Positions 27,701 to 38,850 of a stretch of 64,000 bases of DNA are shown here, piece by piece. Where the stretch lies: the NCBI GenBank assembly GCA_024137785.1, contig JAHRHZ010000080.1:20765233-20829232 (forward strand), given 5' to 3'. Under the pieces are notes generated by a model. That model was not told the DNA's origin. It was given only the letters and a program-made list of their open reading frames with translations, and made no database searches. Both the position numbers and the translations under genes were made by a program. The stretch comes from Ginglymostoma cirratum. Its lineage: Eukaryota. Within the stretch, counting starts at the first letter, position 1. The number at the start of each line of letters is the position of its first letter.

Positions 27701-30700
27701 ACATTGGCTTGACCTACAAAACTGAAAATTAGGGTAGTAAGTTTATACAGTTTACGCGAGAGGTGGAGTTAGAATAAAATGTTCGGTGTAAGAAAACACA
27801 ATAAAATTTATAACAGTTCCTTTAATAATCAGATAGCCTGAAACAAAAATAAAGGAAAATCCAAATGTGTTTAACAAGTATATCAGGGGCAAGAGGATAG
27901 CCATGGAAAGAGTAGCAGTCTTTGGGATAAAAGTGGCAGTGTGTGGAACCGGAAGATGTAGGTGAAGTTTTGGATGAGCACTTGGCATTTGTATTCAATC
28001 TAAAGACAACACAGATACAGAAATCTTATAGGGACAACTGTGATAAACTTGGACAAATTAGCATTACGGGAGTAACAGTAATAGTGATTTCAGCAGGCTT
28101 AAAATTGGATAATTCCCCAGGCCAGATGAGATATATCCCAGGCTACTAGGGAAAGCCAGGGAGGAAAGTGGAGAGCCCAATCCTTAATTTCCAATTTCTC
28201 TGTGGCCACAGAGAACAGCTAATGTGGTGCCAATATTCAAGGGTGGCAGGGCTAAACGAGGGAGTTGTGGGCCAGTGAGTCTAACATCAGTGGTTGGGAA
28301 ATTATTGGGAAAAAATACCATGGACAGAATTAATCTCCACTTGCAAAGACAAAGATTAATCAAGGATGGCTTTCTCAAGGCGAGATCATGTCTAACAAGC
28401 AATTACATTTTTGAGGTGATGACTAGGTGAATAGGTGAGGGGACTACAGTTGACATAGTCTGCAGACTTCAGTAAAGCTTTTGACAAGGTCTTGCATGGG
28501 ACACTGGTCAAGAAGGTAAAAATCCACAGGATGGGGCTGGAACAAAATGGCAAATTGGATACAGAATTGGCTTAGTGGCAGGAGGCAAAGAGTGATGGTC
28601 AAAGGTTGCTTCTGTGACTGGAAGCCTGTATCCAGTAACTTTCCACAGGGGTCAATGCTGTCCCTTGCCATTTGTACTGCACATTCATGATCTAGACATA
28701 GGTATGATCAGTAAGTTCACAGGTCACACAAAAATTGTTGGCATGCTAAAAAGCAAGAGTAGGGTGGCACATGGGTCAGTGGTTAGCACTGCTGCCTCGC
28801 ATCGCCAGGGACCCGGATTCGATTCCACCCTCGGGCGACTGTCTGTGTGGAGTTTGCACATTCTCCCCATGTCTGTGTGGGTTTCCTCCGGGTGATCCGG
28901 TTTCCTCCCATGGTCCAAAGATGTGCAGGTTAAGTGTATTGGCCTTGCTAAATTGCCCAAAGTGTTCAGGGATGTGTAGATTAGGCGGATTAAAGGGGGA
29001 ATGGGTCTTGGTGGGATGTCTGAGGGTCAGTGTGGACTTGTTGGACCGAAGGGCCTGTTTCCACACTGTAGGGATTGATTGATTGATTGAAAGAAGGAAA
29101 GCCTTAGAATACGGGATGATATAGACAGGGTGTTTAGATGGGCAGAACAGTGACAGATGGAATTTAATTCTGAAAAGTATGAGGTGATGCATTTTGGAAG
29201 GATTAACATGGAAAAGGGAGTACATACTGAATGGTAGGACCCTGGGAATTACTGGGGATTCGAAGCACCTTGGTGTGTTTGTCCATAGATCTTTGAAGGC
29301 AACAGGACAAGTCGATTGGGTGGTTCATGGGGCATATGAGATACTTACCTTCACAAGTGGAGGCACCGAGTACAAAAGGTACAGAGGCTAAGATACAGTA
29401 GTTTAAGACATTAGTCAGGCCACATTTGGAATACTGTGTGCAGTTCTGGACACCACATTAGAAGAAGAATGGGATTCCACTGGAGAGGGAGCAGAGGAGA
29501 TTCACCAGGATGTTGTATCAGCTAGTGCTTCAGCTACAAAGAGAGTGTAGGTAAGCTGGGGTAATTTTCTTCGGAGCAGAGAAGGCTGAGGGTTGGCCGG
29601 GCGATGAAGCCTGATTGTGGTGTACACAATTATGCGGGGCACAGATAGAGTAAAAGAACTTCTCCCCTTAGTGGAAGGATTAATAACCCGGGGGAGGGGT
29701 CATGAATTTCAGATAGGGCAGGAGGTTTAGAGGGGATTTATGGTAATTTTTTTTCATGCAAACGTTCGTGGGTATCTGGAACTCACTGCTTGAAGTGGTG
29801 GTAGATGCATGAACCATTGCAACATTTAAGAAATTTTTACATGCATACTTGAAAGGCTATAGCATACAAGGGTACAGGCGAGTGCTGGGCAATAGATAAA
29901 CGCTTGATGACCAGTGCAGACTGAACAGCCTCTTTCCTTGCAGCAATACCTGATGATTATGACTCAAAGGAGAAGTCTCAGGACCCAGACAATGCCTTAA
30001 TGTCCCTCAACATTTTTAATAAATATTATTTCCAACCTCTCTAACCATTCCTGATGATACTGACTCAGTGGAGTTAAATGTACAAAAGGTATTATAGACT
30101 GCATCTGGTATCCAAGAAGTGTCACCAGAGGGGGCTTTAACAATTCCTAATTTAAGGCACTATGACACCTTTCATACCAAATTGGCAAAGATCAGCCAAC
30201 TCAGCAGAGACTCATGGGACTGGTAAATCACTACTGCCTGTAGGAAGCAGGGCAGTGTGAAATGAAGGTAAAAATATATTTTTAATCCCGACTCCTCCAG
30301 CTCCAGGGAGTGGAAATGAAATGAGAGGAGATGCTTGGCTGCCCATAAGACTTCTGTAAAGTTTGTAAATCACTATCTTCAACTTTTACCCAGTGAAACA
30401 GTTGTGACCTACCACCAGAGCTCTAATTTTGATTTGATCGCTTTCATTCTTCTTGTAAATGTCCTTCAGAAGCGTCACCCCGTTTGCAGTAATGAATGAA
30501 GCCCGCTTCGATTTGCCTGCAGCATGAATAAGAGCTTCCACAGCCACCAGCTGGTCAATCTCCCGCTCAGAGCTGCACAATGCTATCATGCACTCCAAAA
30601 TCCCACTCATCTCCAGCACTCGGTTGCCAACGTCTGAGGGCCCCTGTAGTAGGGTGGACACAGTCTGGATGGCCTGCAGCTTTCCATCCATTCCTGAAGA

Positions 30701-33700
30701 CTCAAAGCGGTCCCTGTGCAGAACAAATTTCAGCTGGAGTTCTTTTTTAGGATTTATATTATTCCTTAATCCCTGCTTTAACCCAAGTCAGTGGAAACAT
30801 ATAAGGAGATATTACCGGAAACCAAAAACTTGATTTAAAAGATGGGTTCAAAGGAAATGCTTGAAGTTGATATAAATAGAGAGGTGAAAGTTGTTTAGGA
30901 AGGGAATTCCAAAGCATTGGGTGCAGATAGCAGAAAGCACAGCCACCAATTATGAAGTGATTAGACTTGGGGATGCTCAAGAAAACAGCGTCAGAGAAGT
31001 GGACGGAGCTTGCAGGGTTGTAGGGCTGGTGAGGTTACAGAGATAGGGAGGGGTGAGGTCACAGAGGGGTTCAAGCACTGAGGTGAGTGATCAACTGCGA
31101 TGCCAGAACCTTAGCCTCAGACACATTTCTCTTTCAGATGTCACCTGTTGCATAACAAAACAATGGCTGATTCTTCACGGTGCAGGGCCAAGAAGCACAA
31201 CTGTTGTACATATATCGCAATTTCAACTAAGATCAGCTAACTCAACACAGGTCAGGTATGACAACCTGAACGTTGTTTGTCATTCATACACCAGCTCCCT
31301 ACCTGACATAGTCCTCACAGAGTTTGTTAAAGGCCTCTCGCTCAGCGTCACATTTGAGGTCATCGTAAAGTTTAGTCAGCAATACTGACACACTCATCCG
31401 ACCGCTGTCCGTTACCGAGAGGCTGTTGGGAATTTCTGAAACCGTGCCAGCCACTTCTAAAATCTTCTTCATTCCTGATTGGTGCAGAGAGAAGACAGTT
31501 ATATATGGTGCTCGGATGAGATAAAGAGGGATGGGAGGAATCCTGTCAACACAAGACCTGTTGACCTGAATGACTGGCTCCTATGCTGAAAACTCCACAT
31601 CGCTACGTTCTCGAATAAGACAGCAGATGCTGCGAACACAAAGCTCACTGGAATACCCCTATCCACAAAATCCTCTCCACCCACTTTGCTCTCATCCATC
31701 TAGGAAGGAATTCCAAACATAGAAATATGTGTACGTTGCATCAATGTTACAGTGAATGAATAATTTACATCCAGAATCTCTCAGAAAGAGAAGTGCAGAC
31801 TGTGAAGTTGTAAGCAGTGACAGAATTTTTCACAGTGCTCACCTCTCTACTGATTTGGATGAGTGTTAGAAATGAGTCATCAGACTAGGCCAGCTCCTCT
31901 ACGAAGATTAGATGATGCCTCATGGTCAACTCTGTAAATTCAACCTCAACACAGCCAGATATGGGGAACACAGAGTTATTTCTGAATGCCACCCTCCACC
32001 ACAACAGAACCATATTTTTGTTTTATTTTTACAGTAGGACAGATGTCTCCACAACTTGCCAGTGGGATCAGATAAGCAGACCCTCAAAACCCAGGTAGCC
32101 TAGTTCTGTTCTGATTAATGGTCACTGACCAGAAATGTTACCAGTTTCTCTCTCCATACATGCTGCTAGACCTGAGGAGTATTTCCTGTTTTTATTTAAT
32201 TTTTTTTGCACTCATTTCATACACTCTGCTTTGATTTATTTGAATCTTGTGAAGTTGCATGTTTCTGCAAAGCTCCTAACATTGTTACCGTATAACTATA
32301 TCCTAAACCAGAACAATGTCAGTAAGTGTCTGTAGCTCAGTCAATCCACAAATTAACAGCAGCGGCTGTTTAATCTTTATTTCTCATCAGCCTCATGAAC
32401 AGTGGTTCTGCTTCTGAATCAGTAATTTAAAGACTGAAACAAACATTTTGAAAGTTTGAACGCCCAGGAGTTCAAATACAATCTTACCACCTAAGAAAAT
32501 TAAAATCAGTTAACTAAATAAATTTAGAGTAATAAGCCAGTATCAGCGATTGTGACAATGTAACTAGTGGATTGTCATAAAAACCTATTCAGTTTGCTAA
32601 TGCTCTGTTTGAAAACAATCTAGTTGCCTGAGCAAGAGCACTTTCAGTCACTTTTAGCATGACCTGCATTTCACACTCTGACTGACAGGGCAACTAGCCT
32701 GGTCATATTCTATTGTTGAAAGAAGTTTAGTAAAATTTTCAGTTTACCAGGTTTGATGCTGGATCCTGAATTGGCAAAACAAAACATTCAGTTCTCATGG
32801 AAAACATAGCGTGGGCAATTAGTGATGGCCCAGCCAGGGAAGTCCACAATCAATGAATGAATATGAAGAAGGAAAAGCAGTTTCTGTCTAACACACCCAA
32901 AACCAAGCAGGCGCTGGCTCCTTTAGTTTTATACCTTACCCTGGTCAATTACCCAAATGGTCATGGCGTTGTTGGGATCGCGTAAGGATTTCCGTGGAAC
33001 GTGCTTAATCAGGAGGTTTATGGAATTGTCTCGGCCATGTGTAGATACCTGTGGTTGAACCAACATCTCCAACAACTGGTGAATCATCATCTTCAATTCC
33101 TTTAAGGGTTCTGGAGATCAATTAATAATTGAACATGAGGCCTAATTAATGCTTCATAATCTGAGAGAACTTTTGAAGAAATGTTCAAACTTTTACACCC
33201 AATCTAATTGCCAATACTCTACATGGTATCACCAGTCCAAAACATTTTTGTGGGCTGCCTTTCTAAAAGGCAATGCCAGTTATCTAAACAAAAACAGTAC
33301 TTTAATTGCAGGAAAGAGGACAGTAACACTGAAACTGCTATTGTAAAGAATGGGAAATCATTTCCACAGAGAAATACGTCACTCACCGAGAACCACTGCC
33401 TCCTCTTTTCCTCGAATGTCACTTTTCATTCCCCCTTTCAATGAATCAAACATGCTTTGCAGGACGTTGCAAGCTGCCAGGGAAACCTGCTCCTGGTCAC
33501 TGCCCATCACGCGACAGAACCTGTCCATTCCTATTGTGTGCAAAATCACTGTCACCTGCAAACAGGGATCACAGCTAAATAAAGGCTTTTAGATAATGCA
33601 AAGGCACTATATAACACAAGCTTTTACCAGGCCAAAATAAATAGATCCATCTTAAACTGTATATATTTCTGATGACAGACCAGTGTCAATTGCCACAGAA

Positions 33701-36700
33701 CATTATATTTAGCACTGAATAAAAATTCGCAATGGGAGCAAAGTCAAATACAAAATTATATTCAACATATTTCACAATGCTCCCACTTCCTACCTGGAAA
33801 TTCTACTTTCCGTGATTAAATTTTATTTGAAGCAAACCTATGAACCACCTTGGGACATCTGACTACTCAAAGGCCCCATGGAGATGATGGTATAATGGTC
33901 ACTGGATTAGTAATTCAGAGGCCCAGACTAAATGGTCTACGGACATGAGTTCAAATCCCAACATGGCACTTGAGGAATTTATATTCAATTAATAAAATCT
34001 GCTTTGAAAGCTAGTCTTAGTAAAGGTGACCACGAAAACAAACATTTACGATAAAAACCTATTTAGTTTGCCGATGTTTGTTAGGGAAGGAAATTCGCCA
34101 TCCTCACCTGCCTACTTTATCTGGCCCACATGAGACTCCACAGCCACTGACATGTGGTTGATTCTCAACTGCCTTCTGCAACGGCTGAGCAAACCACTCA
34201 GTTCAAGGGCAATTAGGAATAAGAAAAGAAAAAACTGGAAGAACTGTGGACGTTGTAAATCAGAAACAAAAATAGAAGTTTCTGGAAAATCTCAGCAGGT
34301 CTGGCAGCTTCTGTAAGAAAAATCAAAGTTAACATTTCGGGTCTAGTGATCCTTCCTCAGAACTCAAAACAAGAAAGCTGGCTTTGCTCGTGACATCCAT
34401 ACCCCAAAGACTAAATTTTAAAAAGGCACTACCATACAGTCATAGAGATCTACAGCTCAGAAAACACTTCAGCCCATCATGTCCACGCCAGTCAAAATCA
34501 ATCACCCAACTATTTTAATCCCAGTTTCCAGCACTTGGCCCATAGCACTGTATGCCCTGCTTCTATATGAATAAAACTTGCACAATTTTTTAAATCATTC
34601 TTCTATGTCAACATTTTCCACTTCAATTTTGCAATGACAGTGTCAAGTTGGAGGGTCTGGTCACTGCACGGTTTTATATCATAGAAACTAGTGAGTTTAC
34701 AAAACAGAAAGAGGTCACTTAGCTCATCATGACTCCAAGCCACAAACCTAGTCTCAGTTTCCAGCATTTCAGCCCTATAGATGCTCTGTACAGCAAGACT
34801 TCATCATCATGGAAAATTATTATTCAAAAAGAATGGTGGAGAGATTGCTTTAGTCCTAGTTTTTCTGCGCCTGACTAACCCGGGATTGATGGCCTGAACA
34901 CAACCCCACGAGAGTCCGGAGTGAAGCCAGCATGATGTCTGCATTCCCAGTGTCCAACATCTTCTGGAGAAGGTGCACTCCATCACTGCGAAAAATCCTT
35001 TCAGCCCCTGCATCTTCCCGAGCAAGAACAATCAGATTCTGAATAGCCTGAAGGGGAAAGTAAATATTTAAAACAGGTATCTTATTTGGAATAAGAAGCT
35101 ATATGAATTCTCTGTTACAAATTTAAATTTAAATTCCAGCCATGCCCGGTGGGTAGCACTGTTATCTCAGAATTAGAAGGTTGTCAGGTGAAATCTTACG
35201 CTAGAACCTGACCACAGAAACTAAAATAACTCCAATACTGAAGGAGTGTTCCACTGTCAGAGGAACAGTCTCTCAGATAAGGTTGTTCAGTTTCCTTCTT
35301 AAAGGAGTTCAAAAGACGCCATGGCATCATTGCGGTTTTTTCACTATCAGGAATTTCAGGCAACATGACCAAAAACTAAGTCTTGATTATTTAACTGACA
35401 CTACACAGCTTCCTTCTAGACACAACTCACACACAGAAGTACAAAATCTATTACACTATTAGCTGTTAGTCCACAGTTCAAGGTGAATGCAGAACGAAAA
35501 CATTACACATTCAGTGTTATGCTGTATCTCAAACCTGAGACAGTTATCCTGACCCAGATACTTCTCACCTGCAGCACATACAGACCATTGTCTCTACTGA
35601 AATACTTTTAGTGAAACAGAGACCTTTTGTTTCTTGTCAGAGTCTTTCTCACTGGGATCCAAAAGGATGTTAAACATCTGCTCCACTCGGGCATCTGTAG
35701 AAGACTGCTGTCGGACCTAAAACGGAGATTAGGACACAATATAGTCCGGACATTACACTGGGAATATAAAAAACATCAACAAATTGAACTTCAGTGGCAA
35801 TGATGCAATCCTAAGTGATATTTAGCATCTTTCATTAATGACTTACTAATGACTTAAAAATTAATTTAGGGATCTTTAGAAAAGTTTACATTTCAATTTT
35901 GATTGATACTCTTCTTGTGAGCAAGCTGAAGAACTCTCTCCAAAACAGAGTCCAAGTTTGGAATGACTGACTCTAGAATTGCACACTTTATACACCCTAT
36001 GTTTTAGCTTACTGAAGCTCAGAAGTGACCAGAATAAATACATGGGGATGCAGCCTTGACAAAATAAAATAATCAGTATGAAAAACCTGAAGTCAATTTT
36101 TCTACAAAGCAACGCTGACAACATTTTTACATTTTTTTTGTTTATTCAATGGGCATAGCTGGCTGGGATTTGTTGCCAGGGCCATTTCAAAGGACAGTTA
36201 AGAGTCGACCACATTATCGTCTGGAGTCAATGATTTTCTTCCTTAAAAGGCATTAGTGAACCAGTGGTTTACAACAACCAACCACAAAGCTAGCTTTTAA
36301 TTCCAGATTTTCATTGATTGAAATTTCATCATCTGCCACGGTAGGATTTGATCTCATGTCCCATAACATTAGCCTGGATCTCTAGTTTACAAGTCCAGTG
36401 ATAATAAAAATTGCGCCACCACTTCTCTGTGGACCATGTGTTAAAAGGGAATAAACAAAGAAAACCCCAGAACCATATTTCGCTATAGTTTCTTACAGTT
36501 GTATACAGCTCTCTCCTCTGCCAATCTGACCCTTTCTACCTGAGAGATAGTGGGAACTGCAGATGCTGGAGAATCTGAGATAACAAGGTGTAGAGCTGGA
36601 TGAGCACAGCAGGCCAAGCAGCATCAGAGGAGCAGGAAAGCTGACGTTCCGGGCCCAGACCCTTCCGAAATGTCAGCTTTCCTGCTCCTCTGCTGCTGCT

Positions 36701-38735
36701 TGGCCTGCTGTGTTCATCCAGCTCTATACCTTGTTATCTCTGACCCTTTCTACCTTCTGGCTTTGCTTCTTCTCCTACAGCCTTTTCCCACCAACCAATC
36801 TGTGTCTCCTCCCCTGACCCACCCACATGCTCCTTACCTTCTCCTGGACCTTTGTTGCAATTTGCCGCAATGATTCCTGAAATACTTTGTTCTTTGGTTC
36901 CAGAACAGCACATCTCTGGATATCAGCAAATGCCTGATCCAGCCTTCCCAGTTCCTGCAAGGCCTGGCTCCTACGGAATAAGGCTTTCACATCCTTCCCA
37001 TCTGACTCGATTACTGAGAACAAAAAGACAATCATTGCGTTAGAGCAAACATTCTTCAGGGTCATTGTTGATTTACATAGAAATTCAACTACCTTAAACA
37101 AGGGGGAGAAACAGGTGAAATCCACAGGCCAGAGTGACACAAGGGTGAAATGAGGAACATGATAATTTGGTTAGATGTTTTAAGAACTGACCAAGTTCAC
37201 CACAGAATATAGAGATAACAAGGTGTACAGCTGGATGAACACAGCAGGCCAAGCGGCATCATAGCAGCAGGAAAGCTTGACGTTTCGGGCCTAGACCATC
37301 TCACCACAGAGTATTTTCTGATCCAATACTTTGTTCTCATGATCCAATCTGATTATATCACAAATGGGGCAATTGACACATAAGGTATTCAGACAATTCC
37401 AAATTAAAACATTCTGGGACAGCATTTGCACACAGCCATGTAAACATGGCATCACTGAGCAGCAATAATTTATACACAAAACATACATTTCTTTTCATCT
37501 ACCTTTTGAAGCATCTGCTTCAGCCTTTGAGTACTCCCCCTAGAGAATAAGGAAAAAAAAACACAAAATTCAGACATGGGAACAAGCTGGAAAATCAGTT
37601 AACACCAACTACAATCAGTCAATTCACACTTTTTGTTGGTCACCTGTGTAAGTTTGCATATTTTGGTTTTACTCACCAATTTAAGGTAGCAGGCTGCTCT
37701 GTTGCGGTAAAGGATCATGCCCTCTAACAGGTCCTTGGATAGGTCAATTGCCTGTGTATAGCAGGACAAGGCTCTCTCGTAGTCTCCTGATTTAAAATAT
37801 TTGTTGCCATCCTCCCGCAACAATGCCACACTGGCCTACAACAAAAAATTGATCAGAAATTAGACATATCCAGCAGTATATCATGGGCAGAGATAGCAAG
37901 GTGTACAACTGGATGAACACAGCAGGCCAAGCAGCATCAGAGGAGCAGGAAGGCTGACGTTTCGGGCCAAATCCTTCTTCAGAAAAGGCCCGAAATGTCA
38001 GCCTTCCTGCTCCAAAAATGCTGCTTGGCCTGCTGTGTTCATCCAGCTCTACACCTTGTTATCTTGGATTCTCCAGCATCTGCAGTTCCTACTATTTCAT
38101 ATCATGGGCATTTGTGGGAACTACTGGCCCTGATTTCACACCAGATTGGTAAAGTTTTCAAAGAAGTAAAAAGTTTAGCTGGTGCTGAAATAGAGCACCT
38201 TACAGGGTTTCAGAGAGACACACACGATTGCAGCATTGTAGGGACAGATTTACCTGCCCCCAGAATATTTGATGGGCCAGTGTAGAGAGAACTTCACTCT
38301 CTTTCTAACCCCATGCTGTGCCTGTTCTGAGAGTGTTTGATGGGTGACAGCGTAGAGAGAGCTTTACTCTATATCAAACCTTGTGTTGTCCCTGTCCAGG
38401 GAGTGTTTGATGAGGATAGTTTGGAAGGGGCTTTACTCTGTATCTAAACCCCTACTGTCCCTGTCCAGGGAGTGTTTGATGAGGATAGTTTGGAGGGGGC
38501 TTTACTCTGTATCTAAACCCCTGCTGTCCCTGTCCTGGGAATGTTTGATGGGGGACAGTGCAGAGAGAGCTTTACCCTGTATTTAACACCGTCCTGGCAG
38601 TGTTTGATGGGTATCTGAAGGCTATATCCTGACTCAGGGAATGACGATGCTCAGGAATTGCGAGTCCGGGTCCGAACCCTTCACGTTAACCCCCGGCCAC
38701 ACCCACGCCCACAACCCTCTCACCGTCTCCGCCAT
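15483..38735 (-). CDS. UNC45A: Protein unc-45 homolog A (TPR + central + UCS myosin co-chaperone), whole spliced CDS (20 exons, 2805 nt, 934 aa)
   Basis: 20 exons listed individually below; all GT-AG, phases consistent, no internal stops. TPR motifs ([32 protein letters not shown]) and UCS motifs ([49 protein letters not shown]). Residues such as [11 protein letters not shown] and adjacency to RCCD1 favour A over B. Confidence 0.96.
16844..17194 (+). mobile_element. SINE family B copy
   Basis: Collinear with 4026-4381. Confidence 0.8.
17648..17803 (-). CDS. UNC45A: UNC45A exon 19
   Basis: tttcag / gtgagt; [34 protein letters not shown]...KMTQV. Confidence 0.93.
18282..18399 (-). CDS. UNC45A: UNC45A exon 18
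   Basis: ttttag / gtgcgt; (R)[39 protein letters not shown]. Confidence 0.93.
19113..19209. repeat. Near-perfect inverted repeat (45-bp stem, 7-nt loop)
   Basis: Arms 19113-19157 and 19165-19209 with a single G-T pair; loop ACAAGGA. Confidence 0.92.
19322..19900 (-). mobile_element. Decayed Tx1/L1-like LINE fragment
   Basis: [15 protein letters not shown]...RFCG..SSFTH resembles the C-terminal zf-RVT region of Tx1-like ORF2; frameshifted. Confidence 0.5.
20096..20211 (-). CDS. UNC45A: UNC45A exon 17
   Basis: cctcag / gtaagt; [38 protein letters not shown](R). Confidence 0.94.
20686..20799 (-). CDS. UNC45A: UNC45A exon 16
   Basis: ctgtag / gtgagt; [38 protein letters not shown]. Confidence 0.94.
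21801..21867 (-). CDS. UNC45A: UNC45A exon 15
   Basis: tttcag / gtgagt; (R)[22 protein letters not shown]. Confidence 0.93.
21960..22650 (+). mobile_element. L2-clade LINE 3' fragment
   Basis: [31 protein letters not shown]-type sequence; the tail is shared with SINE family B. Confidence 0.65.
23276..23403 (-). CDS. UNC45A: UNC45A exon 14
   Basis: ctgcag / gtatgt; [42 protein letters not shown](R). Confidence 0.93.
24076..24398 (+). mobile_element. tRNA-derived V-SINE (HE1-like)
   Basis: Same family as 2109-2398; A/B boxes; ends CACTGTAGGGATTCTATG. Confidence 0.85.
24634..24774 (-). CDS. UNC45A: UNC45A exon 13
   Basis: tcccag / gtacag; [47 protein letters not shown]. Confidence 0.93.
25540..25681 (-). 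CDS. UNC45A: UNC45A exon 12
   Basis: tgctag / gtaaac; (R)[47 protein letters not shown]. Confidence 0.94.
25886..26393 (-). mobile_element. SINE family B copy interrupted by a Penelope-derived short element
   Basis: Reverse complement of family B; insert 26037-26170 flanked by AAGGATGGTAGTTT. Confidence 0.8.
26513..26712. mobile_element. Penelope-derived fold-back element (GATGCTGCCAGACCTGCTGAG subfamily)
   Basis: Inverted arms; other copies at about 26037-26170, 34232-34365, 39227-39330, 46555-46785, 48715-48815, 50665-50840, 51000-51135, 52655-52725, 55045-55560 and 59497-59600. Confidence 0.75.
27569..27663 (-). CDS. UNC45A: UNC45A exon 11
   Basis: tttcag / gtgagc; [31 protein letters not shown](R). 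Confidence 0.94.
27860..29960 (+). mobile_element. CR1-type LINE 3' portion (decayed RT)
   Basis: [41 protein letters not shown] and [13 protein letters not shown] motifs with stops and frameshifts. Confidence 0.85.
28761..29088 (+). mobile_element. HE1-like V-SINE nested in a CR1 LINE
   Basis: Same family, (GATT)n tail; CR1 sequence continues on both sides. Confidence 0.85.
30413..30713 (-). CDS. UNC45A: UNC45A exon 10
   Basis: gcacag / gtaggt; (R)[30 protein letters not shown]...[20 protein letters not shown]...IRALV. Confidence 0.94.
31303..31474 (-). CDS. UNC45A: UNC45A exon 9
   Basis: aatcag / gtaggg; (G)[56 protein letters not shown](R). Confidence 0.93.
32940..33110 (-). CDS. UNC45A: UNC45A exon 8
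   Basis: ctccag / gtaagg; (E)[56 protein letters not shown](G). Confidence 0.93.
33387..33555 (-). CDS. UNC45A: UNC45A exon 7
   Basis: ttgcag / gtgagt; [42 protein letters not shown]...RGKEEAVVL. Confidence 0.93.
33878..34222 (+). mobile_element. SINE family B copy (older)
   Basis: Diverged but collinear with 4026-4381. Confidence 0.7.
34880..35047 (-). CDS. UNC45A: UNC45A exon 6
   Basis: cttcag / gttagt; [34 protein letters not shown]...[14 protein letters not shown]. Confidence 0.93.
35624..35716 (-). CDS. UNC45A: UNC45A exon 5
   Basis: ttttag acceptor, weak donor AAG|gtctct; [31 protein letters not shown]. Confidence 0.9.
36141..36425 (-). mobile_element. SINE family B copy (older)
   Basis: Diverged reverse-complement copy. 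Confidence 0.65.
36542..36738. mobile_element. Penelope-derived fold-back element with 17-bp TSD
   Basis: Inverted arms of about 75 bp; TSD TCTGACCCTTTCTACCT at 36525-36541 and 36739-36755. Confidence 0.8.
36838..37013 (-). CDS. UNC45A: UNC45A exon 4 (TPR)
   Basis: tctcag / gtaagg; (V)[58 protein letters not shown]. Confidence 0.94.
37503..37539 (-). CDS. UNC45A: UNC45A exon 3 (37 nt)
   Basis: ctctag / gtagat; [12 protein letters not shown]. Confidence 0.9.
37677..37835 (-). CDS. UNC45A: UNC45A exon 2 (TPR)
   Basis: ttgtag / gtgagt; [32 protein letters not shown]...[12 protein letters not shown]. Confidence 0.93.
37890..38098. mobile_element. Penelope-derived fold-back element with 12-bp TSD
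   Basis: Inverted arms; TSD ATATCATGGGCA at 37878-37889 and 38099-38110. Confidence 0.8.
38268..38615 (+). repeat. ~70-bp minisatellite in UNC45A intron 1
   Basis: Unit about GGGAGTGTTTGATGNGGANAGTNNNGAGNGNGCTTTACTCTGTATCTAAACCCNTGCTGTCCCTGTCCN, about 5 copies, two nearly identical; reverse-strand remnants at about 10310-10450. Confidence 0.85.
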
Positions 38736-38850
38736 CTTCTCTCCTGTTGCCCTGGTGACTGCGGCCGGGTAGTGTCGCAAATTGATGGCGTCACCCCGTT
38801 GGCTGTCAATCAAAGGCGGAGGGGGGCGTGGCTGGTGATGCTGCTCCAGG
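38640..38850 (-). promoter_or_regulatory. UNC45A CpG-rich promoter
   Basis: Local CpG enrichment; YY1-like AAGATGGCGG over the ATG; RFX X-box-like GTTGCCCTGGTGAC (38746-38759); PBX/PREP-MEIS decamer TGATTGACAG (minus strand, 38803-38812); Sp/KLF box GGGGCGTGGC (38823-38832). Confidence 0.65.
38724..38735 (-). CDS. UNC45A: UNC45A exon 1 coding part (MAET)
   Basis: aagATGG Kozak context then ATGGCGGAGACG|gtgaga in a CpG-rich segment; phase 0 fits exon 2. Confidence 0.75.

Noticed and set aside
38268-38615. Regularly spaced repeats resembling a CRISPR array
   Set aside because: Vertebrate DNA, whole units are repeated without unique spacers, and there are no cas genes.
15483-38735. Assignment as UNC45B
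   Set aside because: RCCD1 adjacency and A-type residues ([17 protein letters not shown]) favour UNC45A.
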